NCBI GenBank assembly: GCA_963666735.1
Contig: OY762926.1
Span: forward strand, 2,240,001-2,304,000
Direction of reading: 5' to 3'
Source: Gemmatimonadota bacterium
Lineage (GTDB): Bacteria > Gemmatimonadota > Gemmatimonadetes > Palauibacterales > Palauibacteraceae
DNA: 64,000 nt
Each line of letters starts with the position of its first letter. Position 1 is the first letter of the stretch. The notes beneath the pieces were generated by a model, which saw only the letters and a program-made list of their open reading frames with translations, was not told where the DNA came from and searched no databases. The position numbers and the translations under genes were made by a program. Shown here piece by piece: positions 1 to 9,470 of this stretch.

Positions 1-750
1 GACGAGCGGCAGGCCATCGCCCGTGACCTGCACGGTCCCGTCGACGAGAGGCGTCGAGTCGAGCACGCGCGGTCCCGAACTCAGGGCGGGGCCGGCCAGT
101 CGGCCGGCGGCGCGGTCGCTCGCCGGGTCGACGGTCCATTCCGCGTCGAACACCCGCTCCCGATCCGCGTTCGAGAACTCGGCCCACTCGTAGCCGACGA
201 TCAGCGGCAACGTCAGGGACACCGTCTCGGGCGGGACGAGTGCGGGGGGCAGCCGCCGCACCGGACACGCGCGTTCGGGTTCGCCCCAGCGGAGGGGTTC
301 GCCGGCGCGCAGGGACCGGCCGAGCAGCCCCGGCAGTCCGTCGCGCGCCACGGCCGACGCGGAGCCGAACGCCGTGGGGACGTCGAGGCCGCCGGGGAAC
401 GCGACGAAGGCGCGCATGCCGGTCGCGCTGTAGCCGAGCCGGAGCACCTGGCCCGCACGTGCCCGAACGGTGCGCCAGACGCCCGTTTCGACGCCGTCGA
501 GCGTGGCGGCGCAGTCGGCCCCCGTCAGCGCCACGGACGTCTCGACGGCGAAGCGCAGGGCGAAGCCGCCCAGGGTGATCTCGAGCGCGGCCGCCGCCGG
601 ATCGTTGCCGACGAGCCGGTTGGCCCAGAGGTACGCGCGCTGATCCATCGCGCCCCCGGGGGCCAGCCCGGCGCGGCGGCCGGTCCGCCGCCCCAGATCC
701 TGGATCGTGCAGAACGGCCCTGGGCGGTCCACGACGCCGTGCGGGCTCAT
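1..750 (-). CDS. pxpC: 5-oxoprolinase subunit C / allophanate hydrolase subunit 2 (3' end runs off the window)
   Basis: Manual translation from ATG 750: MSPHGVVDRPGPFCTIQDLGRR...PGGAMDQRAYLWANRLVGND; ATGA overlap with pxpB stop. Confidence 0.85.
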   Translation of the reverse strand, partial: MSPHGVVDRPGPFCTIQDLGRRTGRRAGLAPGGAMDQRAYLWANRLVGNDPAAAALEITLGGFALRFAVETSVALTGADCAATLDGVETGVWRTVRARAGQVLRLGYSATGMRAFVAFPGGLDVPTAFGSASAVARDGLPGLLGRSLRAGEPLRWGEPERACPVRRLPPALVPPETVSLTLPLIVGYEWAEFSNADRERVFDAEWTVDPASDRAAGRLAGPALSSGPRVLDSTPLVDGTVQVTGDGLPLV

Positions 751-1418
751 CCGCCCGCAGCCTCGTACTCGTCCCGGTCGACCGGACGGAACTCGACCGT
801 GCCTCCCGGCCGGAAGCGCGCGATCCGTTCGGCGGCATCGGCGAAGAGCGCCGCGGGAACGCGGCCGATCAGACGCCAGCCCCCCGGCCCCGCCGCCGGA
901 TAGACGCCGGTGCGCCGGTCCGCGATCCCGACCGACCCCGTTTCGACCCGCGCGCGGGGCGTCGCGAGGCGCGGCAGGGCGATCCGCGCGTCCACATCGC
1001 CCATGTACGCGAACCCCGGCGCGAACCCGGTCGCGAGTACGGCGTACCTCCTGCCGCTGTGCAGCCGTGCCACATCGCCTGCGTCCAGGCCGGCGTGCAC
1101 CGCCACCTCCTGGAGATCGGGCGCAAGATCGGCATCGTAGCACACGGGCAGGATGACGGCTTCGCCCGTATCGACCCGCGGTTCTTCCGCCAGGCATCTC
1201 TCCGCGGCGGCGGCCAGTGCGGACTCGATCTCCTCGGGGTCCCAGCTATCGGGCGCACCCTCGACGAGCAGCCGGTTGAAGGCCGGAATCGTCGCGCGGA
1301 GGTCCGGCAACGCCCCGCGCGCGAGGCGTTCGAGACCCAGGACGCGGGCGATACCGTCCCGGTCGGGCGCCACCGGAAGCGTGACCAGGGCGCTCACCGG
1401 CCCCGGGAAGGTGATCAC
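747..1418 (-). CDS. pxpB: 5-oxoprolinase subunit B / allophanate hydrolase subunit 1
   Basis: Motifs PVCY, GFAPGFAY, PR..TPR..V..GSVGIA, YP..GPGGWRLIG; GTG start chosen just after pxpA stop. Confidence 0.85.
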   Translation of the reverse strand: MITFPGPVSALVTLPVAPDRDGIARVLGLERLARGALPDLRATIPAFNRLLVEGAPDSWDPEEIESALAAAAERCLAEEPRVDTGEAVILPVCYDADLAPDLQEVAVHAGLDAGDVARLHSGRRYAVLATGFAPGFAYMGDVDARIALPRLATPRARVETGSVGIADRRTGVYPAAGPGGWRLIGRVPAALFADAAERIARFRPGGTVEFRPVDRDEYEAAGG

Positions 1419-1425
1419 CGGCGAT

Positions 1426-2157
1426 CTATTGCTTCGGCGGCACGAGTTCGCGGATGCGGCGGAGCACTGCCGTGGCCGATGGGTTGTCGCCGTGCACGCA
1501 AAGCGTCTCGGCCTCCACCGCCAGCGGGCCCTCGGGCGTCTGCACGAACCCGTCGAGGAGGTTCGCGACATGCCCGGCCACCGCGTCCGCGTCGGAGAGG
1601 ACGGCCCCGTCGATTCCGCGCGCCTGAAGGCGCCCGTCCGCCGCGTAGGCGCGATCCGCGAAGGCCTCGAACGCCGGCGTGAGCCCGGTGTGCTCCAGCA
1701 TCGCAGCGTGCCGCTCGCGCTCCGGCGTCGCCTGGAGGACGAAGGCGAGTGACGGATCCACCGCGGCCACGCCCTCCGCCAGCCGAGTGAGCAGCTGGTC
1801 ATCCCTCATCATCGCCAGGTACAGTGCGCCATGCGGCTTCACGTGCCGCAGGCCGATCCCCAGCGCCCCCGCGACCGCTTGCAGCGCGCCGATCTGCGCC
1901 TGCACCTCGAGCACCAGCGACTCGAGCGGCCAGTCCAGCTTCAGCCGCCCGAAGTTGCGCCGGTCGGGGTAGCCGGGGTGGGCCCCCGCCTGCACGCCGT
2001 GCTCGGCCGCCAGACGCAGCGTGCGCGCCATCGTATCCGGGTCCCCCGCATGGCCGCCGCAGGCGATGTTGGCCTGGTCGATCAGCGGCATCACCGCTTC
2101 GTCGGCCCCCTTCTCCCAGGGCCCGTAGCTCTCTCCCATGTCGCAGTTGATCAGCAT
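1426..2157 (-). CDS. pxpA: 5-oxoprolinase subunit A (LamB/YcsF family)
   Basis: NCDMGESYG, ANIACGGHAGD, HVKPHGALY, EAFADRAY, TLCVHGD. Confidence 0.93.
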   Translation of the reverse strand: MLINCDMGESYGPWEKGADEAVMPLIDQANIACGGHAGDPDTMARTLRLAAEHGVQAGAHPGYPDRRNFGRLKLDWPLESLVLEVQAQIGALQAVAGALGIGLRHVKPHGALYLAMMRDDQLLTRLAEGVAAVDPSLAFVLQATPERERHAAMLEHTGLTPAFEAFADRAYAADGRLQARGIDGAVLSDADAVAGHVANLLDGFVQTPEGPLAVEAETLCVHGDNPSATAVLRRIRELVPPKQ

Positions 2158-2352
2158 GCGGGAAGATACCGATGCGGGAAGGGCGTCCGCACCTGTTTCT
2201 CGCCATCACGCCGTCCGGGACGCCGCCCGGGATCCGGCACGGCTGGCGGCGCGCCGTCCGCCAAGCGAGAATCCATGGTGGGCCGGTAATGGCTACTGCA
2301 TCGGGCTGCTACTGCATTGGCTACTGCGTCTGTCAACGGGAGTCAGAGCACT

Positions 2353-3549
2353 ATGCTGCGAATTCTCACCCGGACGCCGGCGATGGCGGTGCTGTCCGCG
2401 CTCGTTCTCGGACTCGCGGCCGCGGACGCGCGCGCACAGGACGAACATCTCGAGATCGCGAAACGCGTGCTGTCGAGCGTCCCCCTGTTCGACGGACACA
2501 ACGATCTCCCGTGGGCGATCCGGAACGCGGACGCGCCCCGCGACGTCCGCGCCTACGACATCTCGCGTCCCACGCCGGGGCACACCGATCTCGCCCGCCT
2601 TCGGGCCGGCGGCGTCGGAGCCCAGTTCTGGTCCGTCTACGTCCCGGCCTCGGTCATGGAGGACGGCGGCGGCGCGCGCATGCAGCTGGAGCAGATCGAC
2701 ATCGCGCGCCAGATCATCTCCGATCACCGGGAGGACCTGGGGCTCGCGCTCACAGCAGCGGACGTGATGGACCAGTTCCACCGCGGCAAGGTCGCCTCGA
2801 TGCTCGGCATGGAGGGAGGCCACGCGATCGAGAACTCGCTCGGCGCCTTGCGGGCTTTCTACGCGCTTGGCGTCCGGTACATGACCCTCACGCACAGCGC
2901 CAACATCCCCTGGGCCGACTCCTGCTGCGAGCCGCCCGAACTCGGAGGACTCTCCGCCTTCGGCGAGGAAGTCGTGCGCGAGATGAACTGGCTGGGCATG
3001 CTGGTCGATATCTCGCACGTGTCGCCGGGAAGCATGCACGATGCACTCGACGTGGCCGAGGCGCCGGTCATCTTCTCGCATTCCTCCGCCAAGGCCGTGA
3101 CGGACCACCCGCGCAACGTACCGGACGATGTGCTGCGCCGGCTGCCGGAGAACGGCGGCGTGGTCATGGTCACGTTCGTCGAGTCCTTCGTGAACCAGGA
3201 GGTCGCCGACTACTCCGGCCCATCGGAAGGGCGCCCTCGCGCCACGATGGCCGATGTCGTGACGCATATCGAGCACATCCGCGCCGTGGCGGGCATCGAC
3301 CACGTCGCGATCGGGGGCGACTTCGACGGCATCGACCGTGGGCCGGCCGGGCTGGAGGACGTATCGACGTACCCCGCCCTGTTCGCCGAACTCTCGCGCC
3401 GCGGGTGGACCGAATCCGAACTGCGGGCCCTCGCGGCCGACAACCTGCTTCGCGTCATGCGTGCCGCCGAAGCCACCGCGCGCCGGCTCCAGGCCGAACG
3501 CGACCCCTCCATGGCCACGATCGAAGGACTGGACGGGCTGGTGCCTTGA
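2353..3549 (+). CDS. Membrane dipeptidase (peptidase M19), exported
   Basis: DGHNDLPW, GMEGGH, YMTLTH, VDISH, SHSS, GGDFDG; signal peptide ending ARAQ; start could be 2383. Confidence 0.9.
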   Translation: MLRILTRTPAMAVLSALVLGLAAADARAQDEHLEIAKRVLSSVPLFDGHNDLPWAIRNADAPRDVRAYDISRPTPGHTDLARLRAGGVGAQFWSVYVPASVMEDGGGARMQLEQIDIARQIISDHREDLGLALTAADVMDQFHRGKVASMLGMEGGHAIENSLGALRAFYALGVRYMTLTHSANIPWADSCCEPPELGGLSAFGEEVVREMNWLGMLVDISHVSPGSMHDALDVAEAPVIFSHSSAKAVTDHPRNVPDDVLRRLPENGGVVMVTFVESFVNQEVADYSGPSEGRPRATMADVVTHIEHIRAVAGIDHVAIGGDFDGIDRGPAGLEDVSTYPALFAELSRRGWTESELRALAADNLLRVMRAAEATARRLQAERDPSMATIEGLDGLVP

Positions 3550-3581
3550 GGCCCGCCGTCCCCAACCGAGAGGAAAGACCC

Positions 3582-4757
3582 ATGAGAACAGCGCCGCTCA
3601 GACGAACCCGGACCGCACGGGCCCTTGCGCTTGGGAGCATCGCGGTCCTCCTCTCCGCAGTCTCCCTCGCCGCCCAGGATGTCGCGGGCATCGTACTCGT
3701 GGAGCCGTTCAAGGTGGGGACGTTCGCGATCAGAGATGTTCCGCGCGTCGGGCTCGTGCTGCGGGACGCCTTCATCGTCGACATCGAGCTGGCGAACGCG
3801 GTACTCGAGCGGAACCGCGCGTTTCCGAGGGTGCCGGCGCCGACGGACATGCTCGACCTCATCGGCCGCTACGAGTACGGGCTCCAGCGGCGCCTGTACG
3901 AGATCGTCAACGAGACGGTGGCCTATCAGCGGCTCTCCGGCCCCACTCGTGCGGACTACATCTACGATGTCGAGGATGTCCGGATCCTCCCGCCGATAAT
4001 GTATCCGGGCAAGATCCTGAACGCGGCGAGCAACTTCTACAGCCGTGTCGCCGCGGACGCGGCCGACGAGGAGAGAGAGGAAGCGGTCCGCCAGCGACGT
4101 GAGAACCGGGGCGTGCCGTATCTCTACCTCAAGCCGTCGCGCGGCGCCGTGGTCGGGACCAGCGACCGGATCGTGATTCCCCACGGCCGGAGCCAGACCG
4201 ACTGGGAGGTGGAGCTGGGTGTGGTCATGGGGCGGGCGGCAAAGTACGTCGCCTCGGAGGATGCCCAGGCGACCGTATTCGGGTACACCGTGACGATCGA
4301 CGTCTCCGACCGCGGCGGGCGTCCCCCGGGCGGCAACCCCACGGCTTCGGACTGGCTGGTCGAGAAGGGGCACGACACGTTCGCGCCGATGGGCCCATGG
4401 ATCGTCCCGAAGGAGTTCTACGGCGACCCGATGGAGCAGCTGCGCCAGACGTTGGACGTGGGCGGAGAGCGCATGCAGGAGGCGACGGGGGGGGACTTGA
4501 TCCACTCCCTGTGGGAGTTGATCGAATACGCTTCTTCGATCCTGACCCTGTTCCCGGGCGACGTGATCAACCTCGGCACTTCCGGCGGCATCGGCGTGGG
4601 CGAGGAGCGATTCCTGCAGCCGGGCGATGTCGTCACGGCGACGATCGACGGGATCGGCACGATCGAACTCCCCGTGGTGGAGGGGCCGGAGCCTGTCGGC
4701 GAGACGGGCGTCCGGCTGCCGCCCGTGAGCACCTACGGGCGGGATCCCGGCTCATGA
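3582..4757 (+). CDS. Fumarylacetoacetate-hydrolase (FAH) family protein with signal peptide, paralog 1
   Basis: DWEVELG, IDVSDR, KGHDTFAPMGP, GTSGG; hydrophobic N-terminus ending LAAQ; SD-like AGGA upstream. Confidence 0.85.
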   Translation: MRTAPLRRTRTARALALGSIAVLLSAVSLAAQDVAGIVLVEPFKVGTFAIRDVPRVGLVLRDAFIVDIELANAVLERNRAFPRVPAPTDMLDLIGRYEYGLQRRLYEIVNETVAYQRLSGPTRADYIYDVEDVRILPPIMYPGKILNAASNFYSRVAADAADEEREEAVRQRRENRGVPYLYLKPSRGAVVGTSDRIVIPHGRSQTDWEVELGVVMGRAAKYVASEDAQATVFGYTVTIDVSDRGGRPPGGNPTASDWLVEKGHDTFAPMGPWIVPKEFYGDPMEQLRQTLDVGGERMQEATGGDLIHSLWELIEYASSILTLFPGDVINLGTSGGIGVGEERFLQPGDVVTATIDGIGTIELPVVEGPEPVGETGVRLPPVSTYGRDPGS

Positions 4758-5899
4758 GGGCGCTACTCGCGGCCGCGGCTCTGGCGTTCTCCGCTCCGCT
4801 GTCAGCCCAGGGAGGGCCCGAGATCGAGATCGCGGAACCCTTCAAGGTGGGGACGTTCGAGATCGACGGCGTTCCGCGCGTGGCTCTCGTGCTGCGAGAC
4901 GCTCTCATCGTCGACATCGAGCAGGCGAACCGGGACCTCGAGCGAAACCCTACGTATCCGCCCGTTCCGCCGCCGGCGGACATGATCGACCTCATCGGCC
5001 GCTACGAGTACGGTGTTCGGCTCCGCCTGTACGAGATCGTCAACGACCTCGCGGCCCGAGGCGGGCTGTCGGGGAGCGGCAGAGCCGACTTCGTCCACGA
5101 CCTCGGCGACGTGCGGATCCTCCCGCCCATCATGTACCCCGGAAAGATCCTGAACGCGGCGGTGAACTTCTACAGCCACGTCAACGAGGCGGGCTCCGAG
5201 GAGGACCGACGCGAAGCCCGCCGCCAGCGGCGTGAGAACCGCGGCGTGCCCTATCTCTTCCTCAAGCCCACGCGCGGCGCCGTGATCGGAGCCGACGACC
5301 GGATCGTGATCCCCTTCGGCCGGGACCGCACGGACTGGGAGGTGGAACTCGGCGCCGTGATCGGGCGCAGCGCCAAGTACGTGGACGCCCGGGACGCCGA
5401 GGACCACGTGTTCGGGTACATGGTGACGATCGACGTTTCCGACCGCGGCGGACGGCCGCCCGGCGGCAATCCCATGACCTCCGACTGGTTCGTCGGAAAG
5501 GGCCACGACACGTTCGCGCCCATGGGTCCGTGGATCATCCCCAAGGAGTTCTACGGCGACCCGATGGAGAAGCTGCGCCAGACGCTGGACGTCGGCGAGG
5601 AGCGCATGCAGGAGGCGACCGCGGGAGACATGATCCACACGCTGTGGGAGTTGATCGAGTATGGGTCCTCGGTCGCGACGCTGTTCCCGGGGGACGTGAT
5701 CAACAACGGCACCTCGGGCGGCGTGGGCATGGGCACCGCGGTTCGCGGCGAGACGCGATTCCTGCAGCCCGGCGAGGTCGTCAGCGCTTCGATCGACGGC
5801 ATCGGCACGCTGACGCTCGAGGTGGTGGCCGAGACGGAGCCGGCGGGCGGAACCGGCGCCCGGCTACCGCCCGTCCGCAGCTACCGCGGCAACCGCTAG
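4754..5899 (+). CDS. FAH family protein with signal peptide, paralog 2
   Basis: ATGA overlap with paralog 1; MRALLAAAALAFSAPLSAQ signal; NFYSHVNE lid, DWEVELG, GKGHDTF. Confidence 0.88.
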   Translation: MRALLAAAALAFSAPLSAQGGPEIEIAEPFKVGTFEIDGVPRVALVLRDALIVDIEQANRDLERNPTYPPVPPPADMIDLIGRYEYGVRLRLYEIVNDLAARGGLSGSGRADFVHDLGDVRILPPIMYPGKILNAAVNFYSHVNEAGSEEDRREARRQRRENRGVPYLFLKPTRGAVIGADDRIVIPFGRDRTDWEVELGAVIGRSAKYVDARDAEDHVFGYMVTIDVSDRGGRPPGGNPMTSDWFVGKGHDTFAPMGPWIIPKEFYGDPMEKLRQTLDVGEERMQEATAGDMIHTLWELIEYGSSVATLFPGDVINNGTSGGVGMGTAVRGETRFLQPGEVVSASIDGIGTLTLEVVAETEPAGGTGARLPPVRSYRGNR

Positions 5900-5938
5900 C
5901 CCGGCCGGGACGGCGGCAACTCACGCCCGCGGCGGCGG

Positions 5939-7306
5939 ATGACGCCCAAGCCCGCCCTGGGGTTGTGGATGTGCACGGCCCTGGTAGTCGGGAGCATGGT
6001 GGGCTCGGGCGTCTTTCTGCTGCCCGCCTCGCTCTCCCCGTACGGGGGAATCAGCATCCTCGGCTGGCTGGTGAGCGCCGGCGGGGCCATGTGCCTGGCA
6101 CTCGTGATGGCGCGGCTGGGCACGTTGATTCCGAAGGTCGGCGGCCCCTACGCCTTCGCGCGCGAGGGCTTCGGCGACTTCGTCGGATTCTGGGTCGCGT
6201 GGTCCTACTGGATCTCGCTGCTCACCGCCAATGCGGCCCTCGCCGTGGCGACCGTGAGCTACGCGACCGTCTTCTGGCCCGGGCTGGGCGCTTCTCCCGT
6301 CGCCGGGGGCATTGCGTCCCTCGCAGCCCTCTGGGGCCTGACGTTCGTGAACGCCTGGGGCGTGCGCGCGGCGGGTCACGTGCAACTCGTCACCACCGTG
6401 CTCAAGCTCCTGCCGCTGGCGGCGGTCGGCACCATCGGCTTCCTCTACTTCCAGCCCGAGCACTTCCGGCCCTTCAACCCCGCGGGAGGGAGTCCGCTCG
6501 CCGCCATCACGGCGACGGTGACGCTCACGCTCTGGGCCTTCATGGGACTCGAAGCCGCGACGGTTCCCGCGGCCGATGTGCGGGACCCGGCGCGGACGAT
6601 CCCGCGGGCCACGATCCTCGGCACCGTGATCGCGGCATCGATCTTCATCATCAGCACCTCCGCCGTGATGGGGATCATCGCGCCGGCGGACCTCGCCGTC
6701 TCGACCGCGCCCTTCGCGGACGCAGCCGGATCGATCTGGGGGAATGCCGGCCGGCTCGTGATCGGCGCGGGCGCCACGATCGCCTGCTTCGGCGCGCTCA
6801 ACGGCTGGATCCTGCTCTCCGGCCAGCTACCGCGCGCGGCCGCGCAGGATGGCCTCCTTCCGGCCGCCTTCGCCCGCCTCGGTCCGCGCGGCACGCCCTC
6901 CTTCGGGCTCATCTTCGCGGCGAGCGTTGCGACGGTCCTCATCGCCATGAACTACACGCGCGGCCTCGTCCAGGCCTTCACGTTCCTCATTCTGCTGTCC
7001 ACGCTCGCGACGCTGCTCGCCTACGTGTTCGCGAGCACGACCGCCCTGCTCTTCGCCCTGCGCGAGCGCTCCGCCACAAGGGACGCCTCGCGCGCGGCGC
7101 AGACCCCCGGCGGCACGGCCCCCGTGGGGCGGCTGGTCGTGGCCATCCTCGCCTTCGGGTTTTCCTTCTGGGCCATCGCGGGGGCGGGCCCCGACATCGT
7201 GTTTTGGGGCTTCCTCCTCCTCGTGGCGGGCGTCCCCGTGTTTGTCGTAATGCGGGCCCGGGGCGGGGGAAGCGACGAGGCAGGCAAGCAGGTCGAGGGC
7301 GGCTGA
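5939..7306 (+). CDS. APC-family amino acid/polyamine antiporter (AdiC/PotE/CadB-like)
   Basis: MVGSGVFLLPA, GGPYAF, WAFMGLE, about 12 hydrophobic segments. Confidence 0.9.
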   Translation: MTPKPALGLWMCTALVVGSMVGSGVFLLPASLSPYGGISILGWLVSAGGAMCLALVMARLGTLIPKVGGPYAFAREGFGDFVGFWVAWSYWISLLTANAALAVATVSYATVFWPGLGASPVAGGIASLAALWGLTFVNAWGVRAAGHVQLVTTVLKLLPLAAVGTIGFLYFQPEHFRPFNPAGGSPLAAITATVTLTLWAFMGLEAATVPAADVRDPARTIPRATILGTVIAASIFIISTSAVMGIIAPADLAVSTAPFADAAGSIWGNAGRLVIGAGATIACFGALNGWILLSGQLPRAAAQDGLLPAAFARLGPRGTPSFGLIFAASVATVLIAMNYTRGLVQAFTFLILLSTLATLLAYVFASTTALLFALRERSATRDASRAAQTPGGTAPVGRLVVAILAFGFSFWAIAGAGPDIVFWGFLLLVAGVPVFVVMRARGGGSDEAGKQVEGG

Positions 7307-7313
7307 GCCCCGC

Positions 7314-7844
7314 TCAATCCCCTGTCGCCGCGCGCTCCAGAATCCGGAGGAATTCGTCCAGCGCGGTGCGGCCCTTGTCCCGGGCGTAGTAGCGGCGCAC
7401 TTCACGATACCGGTCCGCCGGATCCAGCTTCATCCCCTCCGTCATCACCCACTCCTGGATCGGCGCCGGCCGGGGGCCCCACCACCCGCGCTCGCGGAAC
7501 GACTCGTCGTAGATGATGAGGACCGGAATGGACCGGCTCGTCCCGTTCGTCAGATGGGCGTCCATCAGATCCGGGTTTTCGTCCCGCGGGAGGACGCGCA
7601 GTTCGATGTTCCCGGCCGCCTCGGCCAGCCGGTCGAACACGGGGAGGGTGTTGATCGCGTCGCCGCACCAATCCTCGGTGAGGGCGACGACGCTCCAGAC
7701 GCCGTCGATGGCGCGGGCGCGCTCCAGCGTTCCTTCGTCCACGGCTGCGCGGCGGGCCAGCGCGTGCCACAGTTCGCGGTTCTTCTCGACCGTCTCCAGG
7801 TACTCGGAGAACGTCGATGCGTGGCTAAATCGCTCTCGATTCAA
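7314..7844 (-). CDS. Thioredoxin-family protein (single-Cys WCGD, Thioredoxin_9-like)
   Basis: EDWCGD, RDENPDLMD..LTNG.RSIP, WGPRP. Confidence 0.85.
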   Translation of the reverse strand: MNRERFSHASTFSEYLETVEKNRELWHALARRAAVDEGTLERARAIDGVWSVVALTEDWCGDAINTLPVFDRLAEAAGNIELRVLPRDENPDLMDAHLTNGTSRSIPVLIIYDESFRERGWWGPRPAPIQEWVMTEGMKLDPADRYREVRRYYARDKGRTALDEFLRILERAATGD

Positions 7845-7948
7845 GCTCGGGATGCCTCGTGCCGCGGTTCATGCCGGGGCGGCGGGGCCGGCGATGCCGA
7901 CGGCGCCGCGGCCAGCGAAGGTACCGGTGCCGCCGTAGCTTCAGCCAG

Positions 7949-8875
7949 ATGAACGGATGGCTGCAGACCGAAGCGAGGTTCGGCGTCGCCAGCATGGTGG
8001 CGCCGCTTCGGCGCGTGGCGATGCGCCGGCCGGGCCGGTCGACGCTGGCGGCGGATCCGGCGCGCTGGCACTACGCGGAGCCGATCGACCCCGGCCGGCT
8101 GCTCCGCCAGTACGACGCGTTCGCGGCGTGCGTCGCGGCCTCGGGCGCCGAGATCGAGTGGATCGGCGGCGCGGGGGACGACGGACTCGCCGATGCGATC
8201 TTCCCCTTCGACCCTTCCTTCATGACCTCCGGCGGCGCGATCCTGTTGCGGCCCGGGAAGGCACTGCGGCAGCCGGAAGTGGCAAGCCACGAGGCGCTCT
8301 ACCGGCGGCTCGGCGTGCCGGTGATCGGCGCTATCGAAACCCCGGGAACCGCGGAGGGCGGGGACTTCCTGTGGATCGACGACGCCACCCTCGCCGTGGG
8401 CCGCGGCTTTCGCACGAACCAGGCCGGCATCGACCAGCTCCGCGACTTCCTGTCGCCGCTCGGCATCGAAGTCCGCGCCTTCGATCTCCCGATGTGGCAG
8501 GGAAGCGCCGCCTGCCTTCACCTCCTCTCGCTCGTCAGCCCGCTGGACCGCGATCTGGCGCTCATCTACCCGCAGCTCTTCCCGGTCGCGCTCCACCAGT
8601 CGATGCGGGAGCGCGGAATCCAGCTTCTGGAAGCGGGAGATGAGGAGTTCCGCGCCTCCCGCGGCCTGAACCTCAACGTCCTCGCGACGGCCCCGCGGCG
8701 CTGCATCGCCCTCGACGGCTTCCCCGATACCGTCCGACTCATGGAAGAGGCGGGTTGCGAAGTCACCTGTTTCAACGGGGACGCGCTCTGCATCCCCTGC
8801 GAGGGCGGGCCAACCTGTCTCACCCTTCCCATCCTCCGAGATCATCGATCCCCCGCACCGGGAACGATCCCATGA
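7949..8875 (+). CDS. Amidinotransferase / dimethylargininase (DDAH, arginine deiminase-like) family protein
   Basis: F..DP, R..E, AEGGD, RTNQAG, LHL, GGPTCLT (catalytic Cys). Confidence 0.88.
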   Translation: MNGWLQTEARFGVASMVAPLRRVAMRRPGRSTLAADPARWHYAEPIDPGRLLRQYDAFAACVAASGAEIEWIGGAGDDGLADAIFPFDPSFMTSGGAILLRPGKALRQPEVASHEALYRRLGVPVIGAIETPGTAEGGDFLWIDDATLAVGRGFRTNQAGIDQLRDFLSPLGIEVRAFDLPMWQGSAACLHLLSLVSPLDRDLALIYPQLFPVALHQSMRERGIQLLEAGDEEFRASRGLNLNVLATAPRRCIALDGFPDTVRLMEEAGCEVTCFNGDALCIPCEGGPTCLTLPILRDHRSPAPGTIP

Positions 8876-9411
8876 ATCGCACCTTGAAGCGCATCATCAT
8901 CGGCATGCTCATCGTCATCGCGGGCCTGATCGGCGTCGTCTACGGCGTCGGCAGCGCCCTGCCGCAGGATCACGTGGCGGCGGTGCGCGCCGGGTTCTCT
9001 ACCTCGCCGGAGGAGGTCTTCGCGACCGTTGCCAACTACCGGGCGTATCCCGAATGGCGACCGGCCGTCGAAGGCATCGAGGAACTGCCGGCGCGGGACG
9101 GAAAGCCGGCCTGGGTGGAACTCGGCGCCACCGGACCGCTTCCCATGGAGTTGACGGAGAGCGAGCCTCCGACCCGGCTCGTGGCGACGATTCTCTCGGA
9201 GGGCATGCCCTTTGGCGGCCGCTGGATCTTCGAGATCGAACCCGCCGCCGCGGGAGCGACCGTCACGATCACCGAGGAGGGCGAGGTCTACAACCCGGTC
9301 TTCCGCTTCGTGAGCCGCTACCTCATGGGGCACCACGCCACCGCGTCGCTCTTCCTCTCCGACCTCGGCGCCCGCTTCGACGAGAACGTCACCGTCGACG
9401 TGGTTCGTTAG
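8872..9411 (+). CDS. SRPBCC/START-like protein with N-terminal membrane anchor
   Basis: ATGA overlap; YPEWR, FGGRW, TITEEGEVYNPVFRF. Confidence 0.8.
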   Translation: MNRTLKRIIIGMLIVIAGLIGVVYGVGSALPQDHVAAVRAGFSTSPEEVFATVANYRAYPEWRPAVEGIEELPARDGKPAWVELGATGPLPMELTESEPPTRLVATILSEGMPFGGRWIFEIEPAAAGATVTITEEGEVYNPVFRFVSRYLMGHHATASLFLSDLGARFDENVTVDVVR

Positions 9412-9416
9412 CGTCG

Positions 9417-9470
9417 GCCGACCCCGTCAGCCGACCCCGCCAGCCGACCAGCCGACCCCGTCAGCCGACG
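9417..9470. repeat. Short tandem repeat GCCGACCCCGYCA (~13 bp, 3 full + 2 partial units) containing the marC stop codon
   Basis: gccgaccccgtca gccgaccccgcca gccgacca gccgaccccgtca gccgacg read directly. Confidence 0.85.

Noticed and set aside
2172..3581. 861-aa ORF implying a long N-terminal fusion to the FAH protein
   Set aside because: The upstream part is an Arg/Pro-rich off-frame shadow of the dipeptidase; SD and signal peptide indicate start 3582.
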